64,000 nucleotides of DNA, taken from contig NKIB01009642.1 of the NCBI GenBank assembly GCA_002256025.1, positions 1 to 64,000 on the forward strand, in the 5' to 3' direction. This stretch comes from Asterionella formosa (lineage: Eukaryota). Below are positions 1 through 12,359 of the stretch, piece by piece. Position numbers and translations under genes: made by a program. Position 1 is the first letter of the stretch, and each line of letters opens with the position of its first letter. The notes under the pieces were generated by a model, which was not told the origin of the DNA, ran no database searches, and saw only the letters and a program-made list of their open reading frames with translations.

Positions 1-1994
1 ACGTTACCAGACGCTCCACAACTTGTTTCACACATCCAACCTCACTGCAGCTCAAAAAGCTACCCTACAAACAAGTCTTGTCAATGCATCCTACCAACCA
101 ACCGAGACTCCACCAAGACACCCTGATCGCATACCGGTACCTACCTACCAGAAGGTTAGGCGATGCAGCTTTCCATTCCAAACTCTCTTAAGTAACTTTC
201 TTTGCTGTTTAATATCATTCACTAAATCCAAGTCACTTTCTGATCATCACAATCATGTTCAACTAATTCCACAGGTGATAGTATTCAGCCTTTGGTGAAG
301 TTGGTTGCTCATAACGTTTGGCAATTAAGAAGGGCCAATGTCTTGTACTCCTCCTCTCTAAGGCCCTGGCTTACCAGTCAGGAAATCACATTCGAAAAAT
401 TTACTCAATTTTTCAATTCCCAAAGAATTGAACCCGGCGGCAGTGATTCTCTGATGCCAAAACACGCCATTTCCTACCGCAAAGGAAGTCCATTTTGGGA
501 GTTGTTAGTTTTTTTTGAAAAATCCTGTCCTTAATGCGCTAGAATTCCATCACTTCTTGCTTTTTTTGGAAAAATCGGCCATTGAAACACCCCTTGAGCA
601 CAAAATAACACAACAAAACCACAGGTGATGTTAAATCAACTAGCTGATCATCAATGGTAGAGCTTTTGGTAGAATTGGTGAAGACCTAACAAACAGGATA
701 AATGATAGCAAATTATAGATAAAATGATAAGATACAATTATATGTTTTAGGCACTTTGATGGTCTGATGGATCTGTATGCCATTTGCTAGGCGATCCCTA
801 TGCAATGGCGATTCCGAAAATTGAGCTCCCAACAAGAATCCATCTCCTCAATCATCGCTACACATGTCCATAGAACTACTTGCTTGATGATTCTCGTGCC
901 CCTGCTGATCTGTTGATTTTATCATTGCTGAAACCTGCCAATTGGTTGCTTTATTGCTTGCCAATGTCCGCCTTGACATATCTTTTTTTGACTTTCATTT
1001 CACGAGTTTTCTTGCAAATTCAACCATTTTTCATGTCATTGTTATCATTGCTATGATTGCTTGTTATTGCTGCTTTCGCAAGAAATAGGAGGTATGAAAA
1101 TGTACAGCAGAGTGAGATTCTGGTGGTCAAAGATGTGCAACAATATTCGGTTTACTGGTCGTAACTAACTTACTTTTAGGAGGTCTTCATGCTTGTTTCT
1201 TCAGCGCCGACATCTTTTCTTCATCTTTTGAGCTATCCTTAGCAATCAAGTCGAACAACTCATTGAATACGACATTGTAGACAATATGTTGCCAAGGATC
1301 ATCAGTAGAATTCCTCTGGGAGGACAGCAAGGAGGACAAGGAGGCAATGGTGGATGAGTGAACGATTATTGATTGCAATCGTACTGATTTTCGTACTGAT
1401 TTTTATATATAGATGAAGAGTCGGTTGTCTAATCAAATTCTATTATTAATTTTGTTCTATCCAGTGCTTTGGGTGTGACATCAATTTCCCAAACATGACT
1501 AAAGTTTCTGAAGAAAATCGTCTGCCCCCCCCTGGAACTGTTAAATTCCTGTTGTTTCAGTTTGGCAACTTTAGAACACATATAGAATCACACAGTCGAC
1601 TTTTGCTGAAAAAAACACAGTGAAATTTTTGAATCACTTGCTTGCACATATATGACTGGCTGTCAACGAAAATAATATCATGAGGACTTGATTGCCAGCT
1701 TGTATCAATCCTATCTTTGCCAAAATCTAGTTTAATTGATTGTAAAAGACAGTTGAAGACAGGATGTGATTCATGACTATATGGATGTAGTAAGGCCAAT
1801 CTTGACAAGGGAGGGTAAAACTGGTCACTTCTTATCTTGTGTTAACCTTTTGCAGTTAAACCACCTACACACTCTATAAACCCTATGCAATCTTGGTTCT
1901 CCTAGTGGTAACCATCACGACTTAATTGGGCTGGTGCAAGACGAAATTTAGCTCATGTCATTTGGTGAAATAATGCAACCGGATCCAAATGAGA

Positions 1995-3339
1995 CTAGTG
2001 ATTCTTTGCAGCTTCGACACGCTCCAGCCATGATGGCCAAAAGCGTTGAAACCGCTCCATGGCAGATCGCGCAGTTTCAATCCCTCCAGCATAACTAATG
2101 CGGAAACGACGATTACCTAGATGGCCTAAAGGGTCCTCAAAGTCATTTCCTGGAGTAAATGCAACAAACTCCTCCTCCAACAATGCCTTGCACATGGCAA
2201 CTGATCCAAATCCTGGCGCAACATTTTCTTCTCCCAAATCAACATAGATGTAAAACCCTCCATCTGCAGGAGCAATATTGGCAGGATCAATTTCTGGTAG
2301 TTGTGCTAGTGCTTCCAACAGGACGGCTCTGCTGGACCGGTACTTTTCGACATGCTGTTCCAAAATTTCAATCGTTTCTTCGTCCCAACATGCCATGGCA
2401 GCTGTTTGAGAAATAGTGGGTGCGTTAATAAACATGTTTTGTTGCAAAGCGTTGATAGGCTCTACTAGCTGCTCTGGAATAACAAGCCAACCCAATCTCC
2501 ATCCCGACACTTGGAATTGAGGTTGCTGTGTTAATGTTGGTTACTAAACAGCATAATCATCAGTGAGATCCCATGATCAACTTACTGGAGTAGTATTTGC
2601 TAAAGGAATTTATCACCAAAGCCTTCTGGGAAAACTCCAATGCCGATGCTTCTGGCTTGCCATAACAAATTCCGTGATAGATTTCGTCACTCAGAAATTG
2701 AATTCCTTGTTCGTCACAAAGCGCACACAATTCCTCCAACTCCCCAGGATCCAACATGCTACCCGTAGGATTAGATGGAGAGCTCAAAATGAGGCCTTTG
2801 AGTCTTTTCTCTCCAACTTGTTCACGGCGGTCTATTTCCGCTAGTAATTCCTTCGCGGTCAGTTTAAATTGTGCGTTAATTGGGACATTGGCTAGCTCAC
2901 ATCCAAGTGCCGACAAGATGTTTCTATAGCAAGGATAACCCGAAGATGCAATCGCCACAATATCCCCTACGTCAAAGCAAGCAGTAAAGGCTAACAAGAA
3001 TCCTCCGCTAGACCCAGTGGTTACTACAATCCGAGATGTGGGAACGGGTTGGTCCAAATTATATTTTCGGGAATAATGGTCCGCAATCTTTTCTCTCAAC
3101 TTCAGCAGTCCAAATGCGTCCGTATAACCCATGACTTGTGGTTCCCTCAAGGCAGAAATAGCAGCGTCAGCGACTGTTTTGGGTGCGCCAGTTTCAGGTT
3201 GACCGACTTCACAGTGCAACACATGTTGCCCGGCAGTTTGGAGTTCATTCGCTCGCTTCAAAACATCCATAACTTTGAATGATTCGACGGAAGCCGATCT
3301 TCGACTAATATTGACGGTAGGAAATGTTTCTGAGGACAT
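1995..3339 (-). CDS. PLP-dependent aminotransferase class I/II (AspC-like), 2 exons (3339-2586, 2509-1995)
   Basis: Motifs TTGSSGG, SPSNPTG and SDEIYHG. A 76-nt GTAAG...AG intron (2585-2510) joins the two ORFs into the PLP-lysine motif SFSKYYSMSGWRLGW. C-terminal RISYA. Start at ATG 3339 is assumed. Confidence 0.9.
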
Positions 3340-3469
3340 GGCATTGATTACAAGTGATGGTGGTGCAGATGATCTGAGGATGTTTGTGTGATTGATTTGT
3401 TGTCTGTCATGGGCTATGAAATTGTTCAAGATATCATTTTGTTGGCTTGCGGCAACAAATTGTCATACC

Positions 3470-3850
3470 GTAGTACCGGTATGCACGTAGCAAGTACACG
3501 CTACCAGGTACTGCTACACTGGCCGACGAGTACCTGGTACCTGGTACCAGGTACCAAGTACCGGTACCAGGTACCTGGTGGTTACAAAGTGAACGATACC
3601 GTGGTACCAAGCAAGTTGCGGTAATTTTGCTGAAACTAAAGATTTAGCTTTAAGCAAAATGACCGCCACTTGCAGGTCTGGTGCTATGGTACGAGGTACC
3701 TGGTACCTTGTACCTGGTACCATGTTACCAGGGTACCTGGTACCCTGGTACGATTTACCGGTACTACTACTTACTCTCTCTATATTTCCGGTACCTGGTA
3801 CCTGGTACCAGGTACCAGGTACCAGGTAATCTGGCAGACTAGCAGGTACG
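3470..3850. repeat. Palindromic TACC(A/T)GGTA / GGTACC array in a divergent intergenic region
   Basis: Many copies of tacctggta, taccaggta and taccggta, e.g. 3530-3580 and 3789-3828, between two head-to-head genes. Confidence 0.9.
3611..3673. mobile_element. 63-bp MITE-like hairpin element (GCAAGTTGCGGT..TTTTGCT family)
   Basis: Imperfect inverted ends gcaagttgcggtaattttgct / agcaaaatgaccgccacttgc. A second copy lies at 14914-15002 and a related end at 53417. Confidence 0.7.
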
Positions 3851-3982
3851 TGTGATCACCATCGTTGTTCTCGCTTGCGTCATACCATATTTTCCTGTTG
3901 ACTCGTCTTGTCGAACCTCCCTGCCCCTCACATTTGTCACGCTAGGATCCGTTGTAGAGTAATTATCTCCATCATCAGCTCC

Positions 3983-5107
3983 ATGTTGGCAGCTCGATTA
4001 TACAGCCATAACAAGGGATACCTGGTATCCGCGTCGGCACGTTCACTGTCGACCGCTGCTGTGGAAATCACGAAAACAACGAGTTCCCTGCGCTTGGCCG
4101 AGCTTCGCTCCAAACTTGACCAAGAAGAATCCAACTCCTTGCAAGACTTCGCCATGAACGAACGACCTGTTCGAAAAAAGGCACCCGCTCGATCTGCCAA
4201 GACTCTTCCCAAACCTAGCTGGCTTAAGGCAAAGCCAGCAACGTCAGACAACTACATGCGCCTGCGAGAGACAGTACGCGAGTTGGGGCTGGCAACCGTC
4301 TGTGAAGAAGCGAGATGTCCTAATATTGGGGAATGTTGGGGTGGATCGGAAGGTACAGCGACAGCAACTATTATGATCATGGGAGACACTTGCACACGAG
4401 GTTGTTCCTTTTGTTCGGTCAAAACGTCACGGGCTCCACCTCCATTGGACCCGAATGAACCGGAAAAGGTGGCGACTGCAATCAACAAGTGGGGCCTCGA
4501 TTATGTGGTATTGACATCAGTGGATCGTGACGATTTGGAAGATCAAGGCTCTCAGCACTTTCGTCAAGTTGTAGTCAAATTGAAGGAGTTGAATCCGGAC
4601 TTGTTGGTGGAAGCTCTGACACCGGACTTTCAAGGGCGCAAGGATCTTATCGATGCGGTGGCGACGTCTGGTCTGGATGTTTACGCACATAATGTCGAGA
4701 CGTGTGAGCGTCTTACCAAACGTGTTCGTGATCATCGTGCTGGTTATCAGCAGTCGATGAATGTTTTGGAGCATGTCAAGTCCTTGGATATTAGCTGCTT
4801 GACCAAGACTTCCATCATGATGGGTTTGGGAGAGACGGACGAGGACATGCGTCAAACCCTTGTTGACTTGCGCAACGTGGATGTGAATGTTGTCACTTTT
4901 GGACAATACCTCCAGCCGACTAAGAAACACTTGGCCGTCAAGGAGTACATTACTCCAGAAAAGTTTGAAGACTGGCGCTTGGAAGCAGAGCAAATGGGCT
5001 TTACATATGTTGCTAGTGGTCCTTTGGTGCGGTCGTCGTACAAGGCTGGAGAATTCTTTTTGAAAAACTACTTGCGGGAAAGGAAGGAAGCCGCAGCGGC
5101 ACATTAG
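3983..5107 (+). CDS. LIAS: Lipoyl synthase (radical SAM), probably mitochondrial
   Basis: [12 protein letters not shown] auxiliary-cluster motif, CTRGCSFC radical SAM motif and RSSY motif. Arg/Ser-rich leader starting MLAARL. Confidence 0.95.
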   Translation: MLAARLYSHNKGYLVSASARSLSTAAVEITKTTSSLRLAELRSKLDQEESNSLQDFAMNERPVRKKAPARSAKTLPKPSWLKAKPATSDNYMRLRETVRELGLATVCEEARCPNIGECWGGSEGTATATIMIMGDTCTRGCSFCSVKTSRAPPPLDPNEPEKVATAINKWGLDYVVLTSVDRDDLEDQGSQHFRQVVVKLKELNPDLLVEALTPDFQGRKDLIDAVATSGLDVYAHNVETCERLTKRVRDHRAGYQQSMNVLEHVKSLDISCLTKTSIMMGLGETDEDMRQTLVDLRNVDVNVVTFGQYLQPTKKHLAVKEYITPEKFEDWRLEAEQMGFTYVASGPLVRSSYKAGEFFLKNYLRERKEAAAAH

Positions 5108-5595
5108 GCTCCAGTGAATTGTACAAAATAAATATCCACACAAACTACGTTGCTTCATTGCCTTGTCCACCTAGTATGCGGCACCAAACATGTTGATGTT
5201 GCATATTATATTCCCACTTGAGTGCATTCCAGCGTACGACTGAACATGTATGCAGCATTCAAGAGGAACCCTCGAAAATTCCATTCTTGTTTCGGTTGGA
5301 GATACTGTATGCATTCCAAGGAATACATGGAGGAAGTAAGGGTAATCCATTTATGCAGAACTTGACGAGTTGCTTGACATGCACTGAATCCAAGCTACTA
5401 CCGATGTATCTACTCCAAGTGCCCCTGTTACTATGAGCCCCCTCTCACGTCGTTATCAATTTGAACTTTTGTTAATTAAGAGGTTGAGAAAAAGATGTTG
5501 AATAACCTCCCGTTATTGGATTAACACATCCACAACTAGAGCCATTACTGCATTCAGCATAAATACATAATACATATTATACAATCAAAACACAA

Positions 5596-6676
5596 TCATG
5601 CCATTCGTTGCTCGACGTGGTCGAACTCCCTTTGAATGTGTTCGACGGCCGCGGCTACTGCCTCTTGTACATTAACCATGCTTTCTCGTTCTCGTAAGTG
5701 TATTTCTCGAATATCAATAGGAGCAATACCACCAGATGCTCGCCGACCAGCAATTCGAGATGTGGTGGCAGTGCTGCGCCTCCCTTCCTTCTTTTTTGAC
5801 CGCAATCTCCACCTCGCCGACACGACAAAGGCAAATAATGGATTGTTCAATAGGTCTTCCTTATTGCCGTTACGAAACTCTTCTGGAAGATGCTTCTTAG
5901 TTACATCCCACAAAGTTGATCTAACACGCAGAAAAGGCACTAATCTCGAAACTCCACCACTTCCCAAGATAATATGCCCTTTCCGAATACAATCCTCCAG
6001 GTAATCGAGAGCTGCTTCGCGGGATCCCTCAAGTGCGAATTTGTCACTAAGTTCAAGTATGGAAATGAATTCATGAACGTCTCCCTGCATGAATGATAAA
6101 TAGGCAATGACTAGATGAGCAAACACAACTCGCCTAGGTAATCGATCAATCGTACCAGTCACGACAAAAAATTGTTCCAATGTTCACAACATGGTTGACC
6201 ATCGTGTTCCTTACCTTAATCTTGGCATCCCGAGTCTCTTGCACCTTCTTTTTCAGAAATTGATCAGCCTGTTCCAGCAATGCATCCATTTGTAACTCGT
6301 GAAACCAGGGAAGCAATTGCTGAATCGAGGCCAAGGACAGAGCGGGCGCATGAGGCTCCAGAAACGGCATGAGTGCTTCCCATTCCTGAGGGTCCTTATT
6401 GGCAAATTCAATCGTCCCAGATAGACGTTCTTTCATCTCGATACTTAACATTGTATCGAAATAGGGAGAAGCCGCACATAAGAGGACTGAATAGTGCTCG
6501 TATTTCTGATCGCCCACCTTGACAACAACGTCAGGTTCAGACACCCGGAGACGTTTGGGCGCTCGTGAACGCTGAAGCCCTTCATCTTCACCAATGGAGA
6601 GGACACGCTTCTTCGAGCCGTCGTCCACACCGATATCGGTCTTTCCCGTGCTATGATCCGCTTCGTCGTTGGGCAT
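5596..6676 (-). CDS. BTB/POZ domain protein, 2 exons (6676-6215, 6084-5596)
   Basis: BTB signature PDVVVKVG...HYSVLLCAASPYFDTML..MKE. A phase-0 intron GTAAGG...TGCAG (6214-6085) joins KIK to GDVHEF. Confidence 0.75.
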
Positions 6677-6869
6677 TACTGTATACACGAAAAGAGGAGT
6701 GTGTCAGAAAATTAATGTGTCGTTGTTGGCTGATAGGAGATGTTGTTACTACCGTACGTATTCTAATGATTATCTTGATTGTAGTACCCGGTGTGTTGAG
6801 TCGTTGTTGTGTGCTACTTGTGTAGCCTTGTAGCATTCCTTCTACATATATTGTACCCTTTACCTGGTA

Positions 6870-6930
6870 CCAGGACCAGGACCAGGACCAGGACCAGTAG
6901 CAGTAGCAGTAGCAGTAGCAGTAGCAGTAC
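6870..6930. repeat. Compound hexamer microsatellite (CAGGAC)n followed by (CAGTAG)n, next to GGTACC motifs
   Basis: Directly visible tandem units at 6871-6929. Confidence 0.9.
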
Positions 6931-7352
6931 CGTGATACCGAATAGGACTGCACACCGTACCAGGTACTCGTAACCGTAAACATAACTTTAACGCCAGGCA
7001 GGTAAAGGTACGGCACCGGTAAGAGGTACTGCTACTGGTACCAGGTACTCGAGGACTGCTACATTCGACATAAGAGAATTGGACGTAGTGCCAGTGTATC
7101 CGTGTCTTGAAGATATTTGCACGCAGACAGGTATGGATGTTCCATTGATTGGTGTGGCGTATGTGGTACCAGTGTTGTTTGGGGTTGTCCATGCATGAAT
7201 GCCGACGACTCTGTGGTCGGATCTGATCTGCTCTGCTCAACAAGAAGGCCATCATTTGTGGCTGAGCTCATACAAAAAGTCATTCACATCCTTACTCGCT
7301 TACTAGCTTATTCCTCTACTCTTTGCTGATACATAGTACGCCATTCGACAGC

Positions 7353-10300
7353 ATGGACTTTGACGAGGAAGAAGACGATAATCAACAGCAGCAAGATGAA
7401 GCAGAGGACGTGCAAGAGTACGAAGACGAAGGAGATGGAATGGATATGGATGACATGCCCGTGACGCAGGAGGATGCGTGGGCCGTCATTAGGTAAGGCT
7501 GTGTTGTGGGATCATGGCTGCAATCGCCCTTACTATTCTGAGAAACTCTTATCAATTACAATGCCATGCTCTGCAGCGCCTACTTCGAAGAAAAAGGCCT
7601 GGTGAGACAACAACTAGACAGCTTCGACGAATTCATTCAAAATACAATGCAGGAGCTTGTCGACGACTCTGGGGATATCCGTGTCTCTCCCGAGATCCAG
7701 CACATGGTTGGATACGATGAAGACGGAGCAGAAGCTCAACTTGAAGCGAAACAAGTCTTCGAGATTCAATTTGGCCAAGTATACCTATCCAAGCCAACCT
7801 CCGTCGAAAAGGACGGAACTGTCACCAACATGTTTCCTCATGAAGCTCGTTTGCGCAACATGACCTACAGCGCACCGCTATACGTCGATGTTACCATGAA
7901 CCAGTACCAATGCGCGCCGACGCTCAATGTGAATGACCCGACGGAAGATTTAGGAGAACCCTTGTCAACAGAGCACGCCCGCAAAGAGTTTTTAGGTTAC
8001 GTTCCTATCATGCTTCGCTCTCTCTTTTGTGTCCTTTCGGACAAGGATGATGCAGATTTGTCGGATCTAGGGGAGTGTATTTACGATCAAGGAGGGTACT
8101 TTGTCATTAATGGATCTGAGAAGGTCATTATTGCACAAGAGCGCCTTTCCAACAATCATGTATATGCCTTTCATAAGAAGCAACCTTCCAAATTCAGTTG
8201 GGTTATCGAGACCAGATCGCAGGTAGAGAATTCCACGAGGCCAGTGAGTACGCTTTACATTCAAATGTACCACAAAGGTGGACGAGGAGCTATTGAAGGA
8301 AACCAGATTCGAAGTACGCTCCCGTACATTCGCACAGATGTTCCAGTAGTTGTCATCTTTCGAGCATTGGGATATGTGGCGGATCGTGACATTATCGAAC
8401 ACGTTGTTTATGATTTGACAGACGGTGAAATGATGGATTTGTTTAGGCCTTCTCTAGAAGAAGCATTTGTTATCCAACGCCAAGATGTCGCTCTTGATTT
8501 CATTGGTCGTCGTGGATCTGCTAAGGACGTTACCAAGGATGATCGTATACGATATGCATCGGGCATTTTGCAAAAGGAAGTCTTGCCTCATGTAGGAACC
8601 GAGGAACACTGTGAAACCAAAAAAGGGTTCTTTTTGGGTTATGCTGTACATAAGCTACTCATGTGCAGATTGGGCCGCGCTGAAGAGGACGATCGTGATC
8701 ATTTCGGAAAGAAGCGATTAGATTTGGCTGGACCACTTTTAGGTGGACTCTTTCGACTTCTCTTTCGCAAATTAACAAAAGATGTCCGAAAACATCTACA
8801 GCGTTGCTTAGATGAAGGCAAGCACTTCAATATTGGCGCTGCCATCAAAAGTAACCACATCACGGATGGACTAAAATACTCGCTTGCGACTGGAAATTGT
8901 AAGTATTGGATGTTCGTTGGAGCGATCATCTCCGAATTTTTCAATGAATCTCACATCTATTTGACTACAGGGGGCGACAAAGGCAATGCCGGAAAGGCTG
9001 GTGTATCGCAGGTGTTGAATCGATTGACATACGCGTCGTCCCTTTCTCACCTGAGACGTTGTAATACTCCTTTAGCTCGTACCGGTAAACAAGCAAAGCC
9101 ACGTCAGCTACACAACACTCATTGGGGTATGGTGTGTCCTGCCGAAACTCCTGAAGGTCAAGCCGTAGGTTTGGTTAAAAATCTTGCCTTGATGGCGTAC
9201 ATTACGACAGGTACCGCCCAAGTACCTGTCATGGAATTTTTGGAGGAGTTTAGTACTGAGAATCTGACCGATATCCTTCCTTCCGTTATGGCGGAACCTA
9301 ATACATGCAAAATCTTTGTCAATGGAAACTGGGTAGGAATTCATCGTGACCCAAAGGCCCTGGTTGATACGTTCCGTTCCTTACGTCGCATGATTGACAT
9401 CGATGCCGAAGTTAGTATAGTAAGAGATATCAACGACAAGGAAGTACGAATTTACACGGATGCCGGCCGAATTTGTCGGCCGCTTTTTATTGTGCACGAG
9501 CAACGTTTGGCAATCAAGAAACACCATATCTCACAGCTTCAAGGAGTAATTCAAGGCCAAAAGAAAGTGGCATGGTCAGATTTACTAATGGAAGGTTTAG
9601 TTGAGTACATTGATACTGAGGAAGAGGAAACCACTATGATTGCAATGGAACCAAAAGATCTTTCGTCAGACGACTCATACTCTTCAACCTACACTCATTG
9701 TGAGATTCACCCTTCGATGATCTTGGGTGTTTGTGCCTCTATTATTCCTTTTCCGGATCACAACCAGAGCCCTCGTAACACCTACCAAAGTGCCATGGGC
9801 AAGCAAGCTATGGGTATCTATGCATCTAATTACCAGGTCAGAATGGACACAATGGCACACGTCCTTCATTATCCACAGAAACCGCTCTGTACTACTCGAG
9901 CAATGGAATTTTTACATTTCCGAGAATTACCTAGTGGTGTAAATGTTGTTGTCGCTATCATGATTTACACTGGATACAATCAAGAAGATTCTTTAATTAT
10001 GAATCAATCTGCTATTGATCGTGGACTCTTCCGGTCTTCGTACTACCGTTGTTATATCGATCAGGAAAAAGCCAGTTCTGTCGGAACTGTTGGGTCGCTC
10101 ACGGCAGAACTTTTTGAAAAGCCCTCCATGGACAACACTCGTGGTATGAAGCATGGCGAGTATGGTAAACTGGATGACGATGGACTGGTTGCCCCTGGTA
10201 CACGTGTGTCAGGTGAAGATGTCTTGATTGGAAAGACGGTCCCTATGGACAATAATGTCGGCCAACCCACAAAGTTCACCAAGCGGGACGTGTCCACTTG

Positions 10301-11174
10301 TATGAAGGCCAGTGAAAACGGTATCGTTGACAATGTCTTAGTGAGTACCACAAAAGAGGGATATCGCTTCACAAAGGTTCGTATCCGCAACGTGCGAATC
10401 CCGCAGGTTGGTGACAAATTTGCTTCTCGTCACGGGCAAAAAGGCACAATTGGAATGACCTACCGCCAAGAAGACATGCCGTGGACGGCAGAGGGAATCG
10501 TTCCTGATATTATTGTAAACCCGCATGCTATTCCATCGCGAATGACTATTGCCCAGCTTATCGAATGTATCCTTGGGAAGGTGACTGTCTTCCAAGGCTG
10601 CGAGGGCGATGCTACTCCATTTACGGATGTGACGGTAGAAGATATTAGTACACGTCTCCACGCCATGGGTTACCAGAAGCATGGAAATGAGGCCATTTAC
10701 CAGGGGCACACCGGCCGCCCGTTATGTGCCCGCGTCTTCATTGGCCCAACTTTCTATCAGCGTTTGAAGCATCTAGTCGACGACAAAGTTCATTCTCGTG
10801 CTCGTGGCCCAGTTGCCATGTTAACTCGTCAGCCGCTTGAAGGCCGCTCTCGAGATGGTGGACTACGCATGGGAGAGATGGAGCGTGATTGCCTCATTAC
10901 TCACGGCTGCGCCAATTTCATGCGTGATCGATTCTTTTGCAATTCTGACCAATATCGCATTCATATCTGTGAGCGTTGTGGTCTAACGGCTCAATCGAAC
11001 CTCAAGAAAATGTCTTATGAATGCCGTACGCCAACTTGCGTTGGACGTCCAAATAAGATTTGTCAGATTGAAATCCCTTATGCCTGCAAGCTTCTTTTCC
11101 AGGAGATGGCATCTATGTGTATCAGCACGCGCATCTACACTGAAGTACGTCCAACGCGAGATAATTCTTACTAA
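7353..11174 (+). CDS. RPB2: RNA polymerase II second largest subunit, 3 exons (7353-7492, 7577-8898, 8971-11174)
   Basis: Motifs [29 protein letters not shown] and [11 protein letters not shown], plus a C-terminal zinc ribbon. Introns 7493-7576 and 8899-8970 restore WAVISAYF and ATGNWG. Confidence 0.98.
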
Positions 11175-11288
11175 ATTGGGAGAAAGCATTGCAAACAATC
11201 TATTTCATCGTGATTTTTAGGAGTTTTCATTCGGACTTGTGTCGAGAAACCGTTGGGACTGCTGCGATAGCTTAGCTATAACTGGACA

Positions 11289-12359
11289 CTACAAGCCCTT
11301 CTCCTTGATATTCTTGACAAAATCACGAAAGACACGAGTATCTGTAGATTTCTTGTTGTTTATGGCTCCTGTGTTGAACCCTTTCTGACCCGCTTTCGCG
11401 GGCCCTTCACCCTTTGCTACTTGTCGAGAGGCCGCAAATCCCATGCGATCTCCCTCACCATCCTCTACCGATTTCTTCCCTTCAATGCCGGTGCCCACCT
11501 GCAGTTTATTCCTGCGTTCCTGGGAGTGAAGTATGAAGTTGTGAGTGTAGGACGATGGTAGATCCTGGGGTTTCGATAATTGGTTTAACGAGCTCATGGT
11601 TTTCGATGTATCATTTTCAAAGCTTCCTTGTCGTCTTGCTCGTTTGCCAGGCCCAGTGCTGAAGCTCATAGGCATCTTAATCGCTGGTTCGTGTAACATG
11701 GTACCTTTGTGCTGTAATAAGTAATCCTTTCTCATTTTAGAAGTAGCTTCCTCTGTGGCCCTCGCCGCCGCTATTCTACTTTCATCAGGAAGAATAACTT
11801 CAGCAATCCCTGTTCCTCCCAACATGGCACCACCGGCACCCACATCTCCTTCTCCTGTTTGTTCAATTTTAGAATCAGTCTCTCCACTTAGCCTTTGAGC
11901 TGTCAGCTGTAGATCCTCAAAAAGTTTTGCCTCCAAGTCCGTCGCCTGTTCTGTGGTAGCTGTACCTTCTTGTGTGCCTTCGTCAGTCTTCAAATGCTTG
12001 ACAATGAAGTCCTCCATAGCTGCCTTGTGCTTTTGTTCCAGAACACCCTCACTCGCTGTTCGATTTCCCGCGCCTCCACTGAAAGCTCGCACTCTGTCAG
12101 GATCCTTACTTGCGTCTTCAACTTTTGCCGGTGCTACAGCGTCAGAAGATGATTGCAACGATGATTTTGATGTGTCCGTGACATCCAATCCCCGTTTGTA
12201 TGACATACTATTGAGGAGCTTGCGCTTCCTTCTGGCGCACTGAATGGATTCCGATGCCCCAACATCTTGTTCATCCTCGCTATCATCCTCGCGCTTTCGA
12301 AGCGCTTTCTTCTTGGACACACTCCGGAAGTGAGCCTTTCCTGCGGATTGTTCAGTCAT
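11289..12359 (-). CDS. TLS1/C9orf78 (Hep_59)-like splicing-associated protein
   Basis: Motifs MEDFI, MLGGTGIAEVILP..SRI, LPSSYTHNF and C-terminal KSTD..VF..F resemble the C9orf78/Tls1 family. Start is uncertain. Confidence 0.65.
   Translation of the reverse strand: MTEQSAGKAHFRSVSKKKALRKREDDSEDEQDVGASESIQCARRKRKLLNSMSYKRGLDVTDTSKSSLQSSSDAVAPAKVEDASKDPDRVRAFSGGAGNRTASEGVLEQKHKAAMEDFIVKHLKTDEGTQEGTATTEQATDLEAKLFEDLQLTAQRLSGETDSKIEQTGEGDVGAGGAMLGGTGIAEVILPDESRIAAARATEEATSKMRKDYLLQHKGTMLHEPAIKMPMSFSTGPGKRARRQGSFENDTSKTMSSLNQLSKPQDLPSSYTHNFILHSQERRNKLQVGTGIEGKKSVEDGEGDRMGFAASRQVAKGEGPAKAGQKGFNTGAINNKKSTDTRVFRDFVKNIKEKGL

Noticed and set aside
1520..1870. Possible piggyBac ends (TTAA followed by CC)
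   Set aside because: No matching inverted partner found.
3470..3850. CRISPR-like array
   Set aside because: Units are short overlapping palindromes with no constant repeat-spacer period, there are no cas genes, and the context is eukaryotic.
3388..3855. ORFs rich in VPGTRYQ / WYLVP (also near 6651-7255, 18274, 23439, 40092, 52341)
   Set aside because: These are translations of the palindromic arrays and microsatellites, not proteins.
4517..5170. Long antisense ORFs over LIAS (and similar ones over RPB2, FTO and the rhomboid)
   Set aside because: Shadow frames of conserved genes with no recognisable motifs.
6085..6214. Programmed frameshift between the overlapping BTB ORFs
   Set aside because: Explained by a canonical 130-nt intron.
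8899..8970. Apparent 24-aa insertion in RPB2
   Set aside because: It is a 72-nt stop-free GT-AG intron; removing it restores the conserved TGNWG.
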